Positions 9,616 to 19,589 of a stretch of DNA of 64,000 bases are shown here, in pieces; position 1 is the first letter of the stretch, and each line of letters opens with the position of its first letter. The position numbers and the translations under genes were made by a program. The notes below the pieces were generated by a model, which saw only the letters and a program-made list of their open reading frames with translations, was not told where the DNA came from and did not search any database. The stretch is from Chthoniobacterales bacterium (lineage in GTDB: Bacteria > Verrucomicrobiota > Verrucomicrobiia > Chthoniobacterales > DYNR01): assembly GCA_026418675.1 (NCBI GenBank), contig JAOAAX010000009.1:1192-65191 (forward strand), read 5' to 3'.

Positions 9616-10701
9616 TTATATGAAATTTCTTATAAGATCCATAGTTTGTAAATAAAGAGGATGATAACCTCGGCGAGCTAGTTCCCTCAGAAGCACCTCT
9701 TCATCCTCTTCAGGAAAAAAGGGTTGAACATAATCGGGGATTAGAATTTCTGATCCCTTTGCACATAATTCAAAATGACCATCTTTATCTTTTTTGGTGA
9801 GACGAAAAGACGCACTTTCAGAAACCAATTCACAAGAGGAGAGAATAGGTCCATCCTTCTCCACAAAAACTAGTTGTAATTCTCGACCAGAACGCGTAAC
9901 TAAAGCCTTCCAATTACTATCGGGATGCGGCTGGCATTGTATTCTAAGCGCAATCCATCCAGCAAAAAGCTTGGCTGCCAAACTATGCTGGGGACTATGG
10001 TGAATCTCTAAATACCGAAAAGATGGTATCTCTGCCTGAGCTGCCTCAGAATCAAACAAAGAGGCAAACGCAAAGCGGTAGGGCAATAAGCGCGTCCAGT
10101 TTAAATCGCACAAATGAGTGCGCCGCCTCATGCAGCCATAAAGGTCTTGTAAACGAGAGTTAATTATTGGTCCTAGAGAAAAAAAACTTGCGCCAGGTTG
10201 AGTCCACTTCGAACTATCAAAAACTAACCGATCCACATACCGCCATAAATTAGGGTTCAGCTCATGAGGGAAATCCTCCAACCAGAGCAATACTAATGGC
10301 AAATCTGAATCTAAATGAGCAAAAACAAAATTCTCCCACCCATCAACCGTCTCACCCTCAAAATGTAATATTATTTGCTCAGAACAAATCTGACGATGAG
10401 CTTCTTCAGAACCAAAGTTATTTTCAATGTGACAGTTCGCGCTAATCCACGCACGTATTTGATCTTGTTGAGAATTCCGCTGAGCAATTGCTAATATAGC
10501 CCGGCACGCGAATTCTGTTTGAACTTTATTAAACAAGTTAACATATTTATCTAGCAAATCCAAATTCTCCGTAAAAGCAACGAGATTAAGTAGGCAGGCC
10601 TTTGCACGATTTTCGCCCTCCCCTTCCCACATCCGGTTCAAAGAAATTTCAATTTGGGATGGCTCGACTTGAATGCCTGGTGGAGAGAATAACTCCTGCA
10701 T
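9616..10701 (-). CDS. opcA: OpcA-like glucose-6-phosphate dehydrogenase assembly protein
   Basis: Immediately downstream of zwf, with IEISLNRMWEGEG...ACLLNLVAF typical of the OpcA N-terminus. ORF track extends to 10899 and overlaps zwf. The ATG at 10701, 5 nt after the zwf stop, is the likely start. Confidence 0.72.
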   Translation of the reverse strand: MQELFSPPGIQVEPSQIEISLNRMWEGEGENRAKACLLNLVAFTENLDLLDKYVNLFNKVQTEFACRAILAIAQRNSQQDQIRAWISANCHIENNFGSEEAHRQICSEQIILHFEGETVDGWENFVFAHLDSDLPLVLLWLEDFPHELNPNLWRYVDRLVFDSSKWTQPGASFFSLGPIINSRLQDLYGCMRRRTHLCDLNWTRLLPYRFAFASLFDSEAAQAEIPSFRYLEIHHSPQHSLAAKLFAGWIALRIQCQPHPDSNWKALVTRSGRELQLVFVEKDGPILSSCELVSESASFRLTKKDKDGHFELCAKGSEILIPDYVQPFFPEEDEEVLLRELARRGYHPLYLQTMDLIRNFI

Positions 10702-10705
10702 TTTC

Positions 10706-12241
10706 CTATAACCTTCTCCAAAATGTGCCGTGTTTTGCGATGAGTCTGTCGGCCTCTTCAGGCCCCCAGCTTCCCGCAGAATAGAAGAGGAGTTTACAGA
10801 TCCCCTGATCCCATGCGTTTCGAATCCCGTCAACAAATCGCCAAGCTTCCTCAACTTCATCCCTTCGAGCAAATAGCGTTGAATCATTTGCCATAACATC
10901 TAGCAGCAGGCGTTCATAAGCATCTGGGCTAACCGAACCAAAGGATGTGCGGTAATGAAAATCCATTTTCACTGGTTCGATTGTTACCGTTGGACCAGGG
11001 CGTTTCACGGCAATCCGAAGAGAAGCCCCTTCATCCGGCTGGATACGAATCACTAAAACATTTTCCTCAAGGTCAAGTGCAGAACTACGAAATAGAACAG
11101 GTGGAACGGCTTTGAAGTGAATTGCAATCTCTGTAGCATTTTTGGGTAACCGTTTACCAGTCCGGAGGAAAAAAGGGACTCCTGACCATCGCCAGTTATC
11201 AATATCCAGCCGTAAGGCAGTATAAGTTTCGGTTGAAGAATCGGTCGGGATGCCTGTTTCCTGCCGATAACCGAAAACTGGTTGTCCCTCAACTCTACCA
11301 GCAGTGTATTGAGCACGAACTGTATATAAAGCGACATCATTGCCAACAATGGGTCGCAGAGCTCTCAAAACTTTTACTTTTTCATCACGAATGGAGTCTG
11401 GACTGAGATCCGAAGGGGGCTCCATAGCCGTAAGGCAAACAAACTGAAGAAGATGGTTTTGAACCATGTCGCGCAAAGCACCAGCTTTGTCGTAATAGCC
11501 GGCCCGCCCTCCTATTCCCAGAGATTCGCAGGCCGAAATTTGAACGTGGTCAATATAATTCGCATTCCATACGCTCTCAAAAATCTTATTAGCAAACCTT
11601 AAAACCAGAATGTTCTGAGCGGTTTCTTTGCCAAGGTAATGGTCAATCCGAAATGTCTGACTTTCTCGAAATACTTCTAGAACCAGCTCATTCAGCTTCC
11701 TTGCTGATGCCAAATCATTGCCAAATGGCTTCTCAAGGACTATTCTAGGCCAATTCGACTCATGTATCTTATTTAATCCTGTCTCCCGTAAATTGTTAAG
11801 AATACATGGAAATTCATCTGGGGAAGCCGACAAATAAAAAAGCCGTCTCGGAGGAAATCCTTGTGAAGTTTCCAGTTCCGATAGGTAGCGATCTAAATCA
11901 ATGTAGGATTGACGAATATGGAAATCCCCTCGGAAATAATAGACGTTTGAGGCGAAATTTGCCCATAATTTATCGTCAACTGACCTGCGCGAAAAAGTTC
12001 GAGTCGCTTCCTCCATCTCGGACCGAAACTGCTCGGTCGTTTTGTCTCTCCGAGCGAAGCCAATTACTCGCACACCAGGTGGCAAGTTGCCACTTGCAGA
12101 AAGGTTATAAAGTGCAGGAATAAGTTTCCGCCGGGTCAAATCACCAGACGCACCAAAAATAACAATCGAGCAAGGCTCAGGAACAGTCCTACTACCAAGT
12201 CCCACGCGAAAAGGATTCGTCGAGGTAGGATTATTAAACAT
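10706..12241 (-). CDS. zwf: Glucose-6-phosphate 1-dehydrogenase
   Basis: IFGASGDLTRRKLIPALY, RIDHYLGKE and LRFANKIFE motifs. Confidence 0.95.
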   Translation of the reverse strand: MFNNPTSTNPFRVGLGSRTVPEPCSIVIFGASGDLTRRKLIPALYNLSASGNLPPGVRVIGFARRDKTTEQFRSEMEEATRTFSRRSVDDKLWANFASNVYYFRGDFHIRQSYIDLDRYLSELETSQGFPPRRLFYLSASPDEFPCILNNLRETGLNKIHESNWPRIVLEKPFGNDLASARKLNELVLEVFRESQTFRIDHYLGKETAQNILVLRFANKIFESVWNANYIDHVQISACESLGIGGRAGYYDKAGALRDMVQNHLLQFVCLTAMEPPSDLSPDSIRDEKVKVLRALRPIVGNDVALYTVRAQYTAGRVEGQPVFGYRQETGIPTDSSTETYTALRLDIDNWRWSGVPFFLRTGKRLPKNATEIAIHFKAVPPVLFRSSALDLEENVLVIRIQPDEGASLRIAVKRPGPTVTIEPVKMDFHYRTSFGSVSPDAYERLLLDVMANDSTLFARRDEVEEAWRFVDGIRNAWDQGICKLLFYSAGSWGPEEADRLIAKHGTFWRRL

Positions 12242-12335
12242 AATTTATTTTGGATGAAATTGTCTACAAAAAATGATTACTTATAAATTCATCCAACGCC
12301 AATGCAAAAAAGGAATATTCAACAAACTTGTCTTT

Positions 12336-12374
12336 AAAAAAAGATCCATCTGGCACACAGTGCATCCCAGATGG
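12336..12374 (-). terminator. Rho-independent terminator after rpsI
   Basis: Minus strand reads CCATCTGG-13 nt-CCAGATGG followed by ATCTTTTTTT, about 50 nt after the rpsI stop. Confidence 0.6.
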
Positions 12375-12422
12375 CTTTCTCGATAGAGTAAATTGGAAAG
12401 GATCGTCCTTCTTGTATTTCTG

Positions 12423-12815
12423 CTAACGTTTAGAAAACTGGAAGCGCTTGCGTGCACCTGGTTGGCCCGACTTTTTGCGCTCTTTCATTCGAGAATCCCG
12501 CGTCAGCAGTCCTTCCTTTTTTAAGACAGGTCGCAACTCCTGATTGTATTCAACAAGAGCTCGCGAAATAGCTAAACGAAGTGCTCCTGCTTGTCCACTA
12601 ACACCTCCCCCATGAGCTACTGCCTTAATGTCGAATGAATGGAGATTATTCGTAGCTTCTAAAGGCTTTAGAATTTGGTTTTGTAAGGAGAGGCTAGGGA
12701 AATACTCAGAAAAATCGCGTCCATTTATTTCGATGCTACCCGCCCCGGGATACAATTTTACACAAGCAACGGCTGTTTTTCTGCGACCGGTAGATTCCGC
12801 TAATGTCGAATCCAT
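12423..12815 (-). CDS. rpsI: 30S ribosomal protein S9
   Basis: 130 aa with GGGVSGQAGALRLAISRAL...DSRMKERKKSGQPGARKRFQFSKR. Confidence 0.95.
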   Translation of the reverse strand: MDSTLAESTGRRKTAVACVKLYPGAGSIEINGRDFSEYFPSLSLQNQILKPLEATNNLHSFDIKAVAHGGGVSGQAGALRLAISRALVEYNQELRPVLKKEGLLTRDSRMKERKKSGQPGARKRFQFSKR

Positions 12816-12859
12816 ATAATGTGCAATCAGTAATTTGAAGTTTTAAAGAAATTTTTAGA

Positions 12860-13297
12860 TCAGAGGTTAATAAGCTCTGGTTTTTGGGCTTCGTGAGGAT
12901 GATTGGGACCTCGATAAACTTTTAATTTCCTGTAAATTGCCCGACCGAGTCTGTTGTGAGGCAACATTCCTCGCACTGCTCTTTCAAGAATCAACTCAGG
13001 ATGGCGGTTCAAACGGACATGAAAAGCTTCACTCTTGTGCCCACCAACATAACCTGAAAAACTCATATAGGACTTTTGAGTCGCTTTTTTTCCCGTCACA
13101 CGAACTTTTTCCGCATTAACTACAATTACATAGTCTCCGTTATCAATGTGAGGTGTGTAAGTTGGTTTCTGCTTTCCCCGAAGCAAGTTCGCAATTCTCA
13201 CCGCAAGGCGACCAAGCACTTGACCTTCGGCATCAATAACATACCACCTTTTGCTTTGGGGATTAGGCTTTTCAAAATATGTCCTCGGATTTGCCAT
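12860..13297 (-). CDS. rplM: 50S ribosomal protein L13
   Basis: [33 protein letters not shown]..., in the canonical rplM-rpsI order. Confidence 0.95.
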   Translation of the reverse strand: MANPRTYFEKPNPQSKRWYVIDAEGQVLGRLAVRIANLLRGKQKPTYTPHIDNGDYVIVVNAEKVRVTGKKATQKSYMSFSGYVGGHKSEAFHVRLNRHPELILERAVRGMLPHNRLGRAIYRKLKVYRGPNHPHEAQKPELINL

Positions 13298-13384
13298 AAA
13301 TCTTTTTTCAAAATGAAGGGTTAAATTATGTTCCTTTCTCTCTCCGAGTCAAGTCAAATAGTAACTAGTTTTTGTCCATTTAAC

Positions 13385-13993
13385 TTAGAGAAGCGAACGT
13401 CCCTTGAAAGCATTTTGTAGAGTGAGAACATCGGCATGCTCAATACCACCACCAGCAGGAATTCCAAAAGCAATTTTAGATACTTTTATCATTTTTTCTT
13501 TCAGAATCGAAGAGAGGTAACTCATAGTAGCAAGTGATTCTACGTCTGCTCCTAAAGCTAAAATAACCTCCTGCGGTTTGAGCTGCTCCACACGCTTTAG
13601 CAACTGGCTTATACGAAGATGTTCTGGGCCAACTTGATTCAACGGCGAAAGCCGCCCACCAAGCACATGGTAAAGTCCCCGAAAAATGCCGGTTTTTTCA
13701 ATCGAAAGAACATCCATGGGTTGTTCAACAACACACAAAACAGAGCCATTCCGAGTGGAATCCGAGCAAATCTTGCAGAGGGTAGCTTCTGCCCAAAAAC
13801 CACATTCCAGGCATAGGGTAATTTTTTCTGCTGCATTTGCAAGCGCTCGGGAAAGGGGGATAGATCGTCTGGAAGGATCTGATAACAACCAAAGAGCTAT
13901 TCTTGATGCTCCTTTCGGACCAAGCCCAGGTATCCGCTTTAATTCGGATAATAGTATCTCCAAAGAATCTGGATAGGGTGAAGATGTTTTCAC
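13385..13993 (-). CDS. recR: Recombination protein RecR
   Basis: LKRIPGLGPKGASRIALWLL (HhH), a C4 zinc finger (CLECGFW...CKIC), and a Toprim domain. The GTG start overlaps the stop of the upstream gene (GTGA). Confidence 0.93.
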   Translation of the reverse strand: MKTSSPYPDSLEILLSELKRIPGLGPKGASRIALWLLSDPSRRSIPLSRALANAAEKITLCLECGFWAEATLCKICSDSTRNGSVLCVVEQPMDVLSIEKTGIFRGLYHVLGGRLSPLNQVGPEHLRISQLLKRVEQLKPQEVILALGADVESLATMSYLSSILKEKMIKVSKIAFGIPAGGGIEHADVLTLQNAFKGRSLL

Positions 13994-15261
13994 GGGCGAT
14001 GCGGCAAACGCATATCGCTTACCATGGGGCTGCCTGAATTTTTCTTAAGGGAATCTATTCTTTGAAGGTAAGCGTCAATAACCGAATCGGGGATCCCCTT
14101 GATTCTCGCCCGGGCAAACTCTTCAACCGCTTCATCCCATCTTTGTGCTCGAAAATGGTTGACCCCCGACCAGAAAGCATCTCTGCTCCTTTTACGCTCC
14201 GGTGACAACCCGCCTTTGAGACACAAAAGCTCGTATATTTCTACATCCGATCCATCTGGAGCACGGATAAGATCAATTGGCCTCACCTCAACCGTTTCTT
14301 CAGCTTCCTGAAAAGTTTGCGAACATAAAAGAGCCTTACATCCATAAAAAGCAGCTATTTCACAAAGTTGTATCGAAAAATCCAGAGCTACTCCAGCAAC
14401 AGCATATGGTTTTCCTCTCGGTGCACCAAAGTTACCTATAAGGCAAGTTCCTGTCGCAAGACCTATTCGAAACTCAAGAAACTGTCGCCAGAGAGAATCA
14501 GCTTCAAGATTCAGTTTTTCAAGGCGAGTAATTATTTCATGGGCACAACGAGCAGCAACCTGTGCAGGATTTTCAAGGGATAATGGAGCCCCAAATACAG
14601 CTCGCAGAAAATTAGCGTTAACGGATTCCAGATATGCTCCTACTTCGCAAAGGTAATCGGAAGCGTAGCGGAGATAGAGACGATTCATATTTGCCCATTC
14701 GTCTGGTTGCATTACCTGGAGGTAACGCTCAGGGGGTTCAAAGTGCAATGTTAGTATCGAAACACGGGAAAGCCGCGGATGAGAGAAGTCCGAAGACGAA
14801 TTTTCAGCAAGCACTAGCCGCGCTCTTCGACTCAACGAAGGGCCAAAAGTTTCCTCTATTTTACGACGCATTGCACCTGGCCCAACCTTCATGAGTGCCT
14901 CGGTAGTAACGAAAGATACAATTCCACCTAGTAAAGGCAAAATTGGAGAAAATACAAACCCGTGGAGAGAGAGGACAAGAGCTCCTGTTATCAGTAAAAC
15001 AATTGTTCCAAAAGCAACAAGGTGGCGTTGTGGCGGGCGAGCTATGTCTGTCGAAACCCACGCAAGAGCAAAAGAAATAACTGCCCCTAGAACCAAAGAA
15101 GCTTCCCGTGAAACTTGTGCCGAATTCGGCTCACTTTGGAGGTAAAGATTAATAAAAGCATCAAGACCTTGGCACCAATTTGAAGATCGAAATACCAGCA
15201 TTATTCCAACACCAGCCAATCCACCAAGAAAAACAGTCAGAAATGTCCTCATCAGATGCAA
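13990..15261 (-). CDS. Membrane-anchored class III nucleotide-cyclase-homology protein with degenerate catalytic residues and a TPR-like tail
   Basis: 4-5 N-terminal TM helices, then a cyclase-homology fold (VSILTLHFEPPE...FLRAVFGAPL...FRIGLATGTCLIGNFGAPRGKPYAVAGVALDFSIQLCE). The expected metal-binding Asp pair and the Asn/Arg of VNxAxRxE are not present. Confidence 0.6.
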   Translation of the reverse strand: MHLMRTFLTVFLGGLAGVGIMLVFRSSNWCQGLDAFINLYLQSEPNSAQVSREASLVLGAVISFALAWVSTDIARPPQRHLVAFGTIVLLITGALVLSLHGFVFSPILPLLGGIVSFVTTEALMKVGPGAMRRKIEETFGPSLSRRARLVLAENSSSDFSHPRLSRVSILTLHFEPPERYLQVMQPDEWANMNRLYLRYASDYLCEVGAYLESVNANFLRAVFGAPLSLENPAQVAARCAHEIITRLEKLNLEADSLWRQFLEFRIGLATGTCLIGNFGAPRGKPYAVAGVALDFSIQLCEIAAFYGCKALLCSQTFQEAEETVEVRPIDLIRAPDGSDVEIYELLCLKGGLSPERKRSRDAFWSGVNHFRAQRWDEAVEEFARARIKGIPDSVIDAYLQRIDSLKKNSGSPMVSDMRLPHRP

Positions 15262-15285
15262 TCAAAGACGAGAAACCTGAAGTAA

Positions 15286-16878
15286 TCAAGCTGATGGGGA
15301 AGTCAGAACTTCGCTCCCCTTTTCTTCTTGATAACTTGAGACGATGACTTCACTGAGGAATACTTCCGGATTTTCAATTGCCCACTCCGGTATAGGAATA
15401 GGCTCAGATGGTTCTTTGCGTAAGGCAAGCTTTAGACCATGCTCGTAGTTTTTGAAGATCTGCTCAAACAGTTTCCTGGGTTGTAGGTTGAGCTCAAGAG
15501 ATTTTTGGACTAGCTTATCCTGAGTCTCCAATGGAAAAATGATAGGTATTCCGGTGCGGGCAGAAAATTCAGCCGCTAACTGACGAAAGGCACTTCGAGC
15601 ATGTTCAGTGAGATTCTCTTTGCCTTCTAATAGTAATTTTTCAAGGGCAGCTGCAGGATTTTCTACAACCTCCTTCGTCACGTGAAATTTTGTAACCCCT
15701 GACCCAGGGAGCGAAAATTTGAATTCTAGCAGAAGCTTTTCGCAAATACTTATAAGTCCGCGAGCTCCAGTTTGCTCGGCGGAAGCAAGAGAAGCGATTG
15801 CTCTAAGAGCTTCATCATCAAATGTCAACTCAATCCCATAAGCTGCAAATGACTTTTCGTATTGCTTTAAGATACTTCCTTCGGAGTAGCGAAGAATCTT
15901 GTAGAGGTCTTCGTCGCTTAATGGAGAGCAAGCTACCCGCACCGGTAAGCGACCAATAAACTCAGGTTCAAAGCCAAATTCAACAAAATCGGGAGTGGTG
16001 GCAAAATGAAGAAGCAAAGCAGGATTATCAGGGATCTCCTGTTGATGCGCCCCAAAACCGATTAATGATTTTCTTAATCGGCGAGAGATAATTTGAGGGA
16101 GGGCTGTAAATGCCCCACTCATGATGAAAAGGATATTTCGCGTATTGATGCTCTCGCGAACTATTCGACCCTGCCGTTGAAAATCCATCAATGCCTTAAT
16201 CTGAGACTGAATATCTGCTGGATTTCGGACAGGGACCTCTGTTTCCTCGAGCAGTTTCAAAAGTGCAATTTGAACTCCCCTTCCGCTAACATCCCGTCCG
16301 GAATGGCTTGAAGTCGCAGCAATCTTGTCAATCTCATCAATGTAAACAATGCCGAACTCAGCTAATTGGATATTACCATCAGCTTTATGGTAAAGTTCGC
16401 GGACAATATCTTCAACATCTCCTCCAACATAACCAGTTTCGCTAAACTTGGTTGCATCGGCTTTAACAAATGGGACACCAATCAAGTCCGCAATGTGCTT
16501 AACGAGATATGTTTTACCTACGCCAGTTGGACCTAATAAAAGAACATTCGGTTTCGTATATTCGTAGAAGGAATTTTTGTTTTGGGCCTGACGTAGGGAA
16601 TTCCGAGCGTGGTTATAATGATCACAAATTGCAACAGCTAGAACTTTTTTAGCCTCATCTTGACGAATAACAAACCGGTCAAGGTGCTCCTTAATCTGAC
16701 TTGGTATAAGGGAGAAACTTTCAAGAGGATTTACTGAAGGAGGGACTTTTTCCGATGGCGGCGCTTCTGCTGCTGTTGATTTACGAGCAAATTGTTCGGC
16801 AGCACGAGCAAATTGCCGAAAAAAATCCTGAATTGGAATATCTTTATCAAATTTATCTGAATTCAAAACATTGTTCAC
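15286..16878 (-). CDS. ClpX-like AAA+ unfoldase paralog without an N-terminal zinc-binding domain and with a C-terminal extension
   Basis: Walker [12 protein letters not shown], pore loop [10 protein letters not shown], Walker [27 protein letters not shown], an IGF-type loop SLIGFGA, and sensor TGARGL. There is no CxxC...CxxC N-domain. About 110-130 extra C-terminal residues compared with ClpX. Confidence 0.8.
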   Translation of the reverse strand: MNNVLNSDKFDKDIPIQDFFRQFARAAEQFARKSTAAEAPPSEKVPPSVNPLESFSLIPSQIKEHLDRFVIRQDEAKKVLAVAICDHYNHARNSLRQAQNKNSFYEYTKPNVLLLGPTGVGKTYLVKHIADLIGVPFVKADATKFSETGYVGGDVEDIVRELYHKADGNIQLAEFGIVYIDEIDKIAATSSHSGRDVSGRGVQIALLKLLEETEVPVRNPADIQSQIKALMDFQRQGRIVRESINTRNILFIMSGAFTALPQIISRRLRKSLIGFGAHQQEIPDNPALLLHFATTPDFVEFGFEPEFIGRLPVRVACSPLSDEDLYKILRYSEGSILKQYEKSFAAYGIELTFDDEALRAIASLASAEQTGARGLISICEKLLLEFKFSLPGSGVTKFHVTKEVVENPAAALEKLLLEGKENLTEHARSAFRQLAAEFSARTGIPIIFPLETQDKLVQKSLELNLQPRKLFEQIFKNYEHGLKLALRKEPSEPIPIPEWAIENPEVFLSEVIVSSYQEEKGSEVLTSPSA

Positions 16879-16896
16879 TTTTAAATAACAAACAGT

Positions 16897-18693
16897 CTAC
16901 TTAATCTGTTTCTCTAAATTTTTAACCATATTGTTAAATTTGTTCTCGAAAAGTTTTGCAGTTTTGAGCTTTTTACGCACTTCCTGTATCTTGGCTATTG
17001 CATGGCGGGCCTGTTGGGAACTTCTAGCTGAACGTATTGTCTCCTGGAGAGTTTGGATTTCTTGAGCATCTGCGATCATTGCTTCCGCAAGGGGCTTATA
17101 GCTGGATATCCACTTCCATTTCCCTTGGGGATCTGTCTTTAAAAAATTTTCTAAAATTTCAGCACCTTGGACCGGTGAGGCACGGAACCAGTTGTTGATT
17201 CCGAAAATAAAATATGCGAATGCTTCAAAGTCATCGCGCTTATAACTGTCTAAAGTGCCGCTTGAAAGTTTGCGCTTTTGCAGGAGAAAATTTGCCATAT
17301 TGACAAAGAAATTTGCAAGTCTTTCACTTTCTTGACCTTCAGAGAATAATCCTTGTTCTTTAAGGACTCTTAAATTTTTTTCTGCAAGACTAAGCTCATC
17401 ATTTAAAATGTAGAAAATGGACAATTGAAGGATTGCCCAGTTTTTATCGGGTTGGGAAAGTTGTGGACTTTGAAGTGCAGTGTTGAGAATTTGTATTGCA
17501 TTTTGAAGATTACCATTAGTTACTTGTTTTCTTGCAGAGGCAGTTGCTTGAGCTAGAGAGGAATCTCTGACATTGACTTCAAGCCCAAAAGCTTCAGCTA
17601 TTCTTGTTCGATTTAAGTAACCAACCAATCCTAGTAAAAACAATCCACCGATGACAGAAAGAAGGATTAATGCAGTTGCCTTTTTCTGTTCCGTTGATTC
17701 TAACTGAATAGGCTGAGGACGAGCAGCCGCTGGATTGCGGAGGCGTTCAGCGAGCTTTTGTCGAGCGTATTGGAGATGTTCGATAAGCTCATCGTAGCTT
17801 TGATAGCGCTCGTCTGGGTTTTTAGCCATCATCCGATTCACGATATAATTTGTTTCATCGGAAACATCAGGCGCAAATGATTGTAAATTAACAATATGGC
17901 TATGGAGCTGTTTCAAGGCAACCATAGATGCGGTTTCCGCCTCATAAGGCGGGCGTCCCGCTAATGCGTGAAAAATGGTGCCTCCTAAACTATATATGTC
18001 GCTTCTGAAATCCTCATCTCGCCCATCAAGTTTTTCTGGAGCAACGTAGTAGGGAGTGCCCCAAATTTCTCCTTTCTGCGCAGCAACTTCATCCATAACG
18101 AGAGCAAGACCGAAGTCAACGAGTTTAGCAGTATGGGCATCAGCGAAGAGAATATTTCCCGGTTTGATATCACGATGGATTAATCCTACCTCCTGAGCGG
18201 CTTTGAGGCCGCTAGCAATTTGGATAGCAACATTCAGAACCTGCATTTCGGGAACGCGTCCCTGGAGTGTGATCAGGTCATCCAACGACCCGTTGGGAAC
18301 TAGTTCCATAGCCAAATAAAACTGCCCATTGGCCGAGCCGTAGTTAAAAACCTTAACTACGTTTGGGTGGTTAATTAACGCAGTCCGTCGAGCCTCTTCG
18401 GCAAGTTTACGTTGTTCCTGTTCGCTTCCGCTAATTTCTCGGTGTAAAACTTTCAGTGCAACTTCTCTCCCAAGTTGCTCATCAAAAGCACGATAAGCAG
18501 ATCCCATACCACCGGAACCCAGTTTTTTAAGCAGACGGAATTGACCAAGTTTGGTCCGAACATTAAAAGAATTCCCACAAGCCGGGCACACCACTTCTGC
18601 CATTAAAGCCAAGCCAAGTGTGCTAACATTTGCCCCGCAAGCAGGGCAAGGCTCACTTATGATAATTTCAAGAGAGTCATAGGGGGAGTTCAT
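16897..18693 (-). CDS. Ser/Thr protein kinase (Hanks type) with N-terminal zinc ribbon, a TM helix and a C-terminal TPR-like sensor domain
   Basis: CPACG...CPACG ribbon. Kinase motifs GSGGMGSAYRA, VALKVL, HRDIKPGNIL, DFGLA and GTPYYVAPE. TM segment ATALILLSVIGGLFLLGLVGYL. Confidence 0.9.
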   Translation of the reverse strand: MNSPYDSLEIIISEPCPACGANVSTLGLALMAEVVCPACGNSFNVRTKLGQFRLLKKLGSGGMGSAYRAFDEQLGREVALKVLHREISGSEQEQRKLAEEARRTALINHPNVVKVFNYGSANGQFYLAMELVPNGSLDDLITLQGRVPEMQVLNVAIQIASGLKAAQEVGLIHRDIKPGNILFADAHTAKLVDFGLALVMDEVAAQKGEIWGTPYYVAPEKLDGRDEDFRSDIYSLGGTIFHALAGRPPYEAETASMVALKQLHSHIVNLQSFAPDVSDETNYIVNRMMAKNPDERYQSYDELIEHLQYARQKLAERLRNPAAARPQPIQLESTEQKKATALILLSVIGGLFLLGLVGYLNRTRIAEAFGLEVNVRDSSLAQATASARKQVTNGNLQNAIQILNTALQSPQLSQPDKNWAILQLSIFYILNDELSLAEKNLRVLKEQGLFSEGQESERLANFFVNMANFLLQKRKLSSGTLDSYKRDDFEAFAYFIFGINNWFRASPVQGAEILENFLKTDPQGKWKWISSYKPLAEAMIADAQEIQTLQETIRSARSSQQARHAIAKIQEVRKKLKTAKLFENKFNNMVKNLEKQIK

Positions 18694-18801
18694 TAAGAAA
18701 AACTTTACAATAATTTTGCAAAAAGTGAACCAAAATTGCGTTTTTTTAATTGTAAAAAATTTCGTTTTAAAATAAGCAATTATGAAAAGAAAAATTCAAA
18801 T

Positions 18802-19422
18802 ATGAAAGCTATAAACCTCATTGGGTTATTAATTAGTTTAGTTTTTCTGCAATTCTTGGGCCATCTCGCTTATGCTCTCCCGCAAATAGGGGAACCTGCG
18901 CCCGATTTTAGTTTACAAGACATTTCTGGAAAAGAAATTACACTCTCGTCCTTTCGTGGTAAGATTGTAGTTTTGGAGTGGATTAACCATGGTTGCCCGT
19001 TTGTCATCAAACATTACAAAAGTGGTAATATGCAAGCACTTCAAAGAGAGGCGAGGGAGAAAGGTGTTGTTTGGCTAAGTATTTGCTCCTCTGCTCCCGG
19101 TAAACAAGGACACATGCCACCCGAAGAAGCCAGAAAGAAAAACGAAGAGGTTGGTTCGAATGCCACAACTTACTTGATTGATGAGAATGGACAAGTGGGA
19201 AAACTTTACGGAGCTAAGGTAACCCCTGAGCTTTTCATAATCAATCCTGAAGGGGTTCTCGTCTATCACGGCGCAATTGATAGTATCAAAAGCACGAATC
19301 CTGCAGATATCCCTAAAGCCAAGAACTATGTCCGCCTAGCACTTGAAGAGCTTTTTGCTGGAAAACGAATCAGTGAACCAACAAGTACTCCCTACGGTTG
19401 CTCCATTAAATACGAAAAATAA
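18802..19422 (+). CDS. Secreted thioredoxin-fold (AhpC/TSA-redoxin family) protein
   Basis: Signal peptide, then PAPDFSLQDISGKEITLSSFRGKIVVLEWINHGCPFV. ORF track starts at 18736; ATG at 18802 precedes the signal peptide. Confidence 0.78.
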   Translation: MKAINLIGLLISLVFLQFLGHLAYALPQIGEPAPDFSLQDISGKEITLSSFRGKIVVLEWINHGCPFVIKHYKSGNMQALQREAREKGVVWLSICSSAPGKQGHMPPEEARKKNEEVGSNATTYLIDENGQVGKLYGAKVTPELFIINPEGVLVYHGAIDSIKSTNPADIPKAKNYVRLALEELFAGKRISEPTSTPYGCSIKYEK

Positions 19423-19449
19423 TAAACTTACTCAAAGCAACTTGAGGAG

Positions 19450-19524
19450 TGGTGCGCCGTAGAGGAATCGAACCTCTTACCCCCGCCGTGTCAAGGCGAT
19501 GCTCTACCGATGAGCTAACGGCGC
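19450..19524 (-). tRNA. tRNA-Val (anticodon GAC), CCA encoded
   Basis: Minus strand reads GCGCCGTTAGCTCATCGGTAGAGCATCGCCTTGACACGGCGGGGGTAAGAGGTTCGATTCCTCTACGGCGCACCA. It folds by hand into a cloverleaf: 7-bp acceptor, GCTC/GAGC D-stem, anticodon loop TTGACAC, T-arm AGAGG-TTCGATT-CCTCT. Confidence 0.9.
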
Positions 19525-19589
19525 AACTCTTTACTTACTTTCCTATATTTAGAAAAAAGTCTGGGCAAGTTTTTTTTAATCCTTTGCAT

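Noticed and set aside
10702-10899. N-terminal 66-codon extension of the opcA ORF overlapping zwf by 194 nt
   Set aside because: An ATG at 10701, 5 nt after the zwf stop, gives a canonical OpcA N-terminus. The extension is most likely just open frame.
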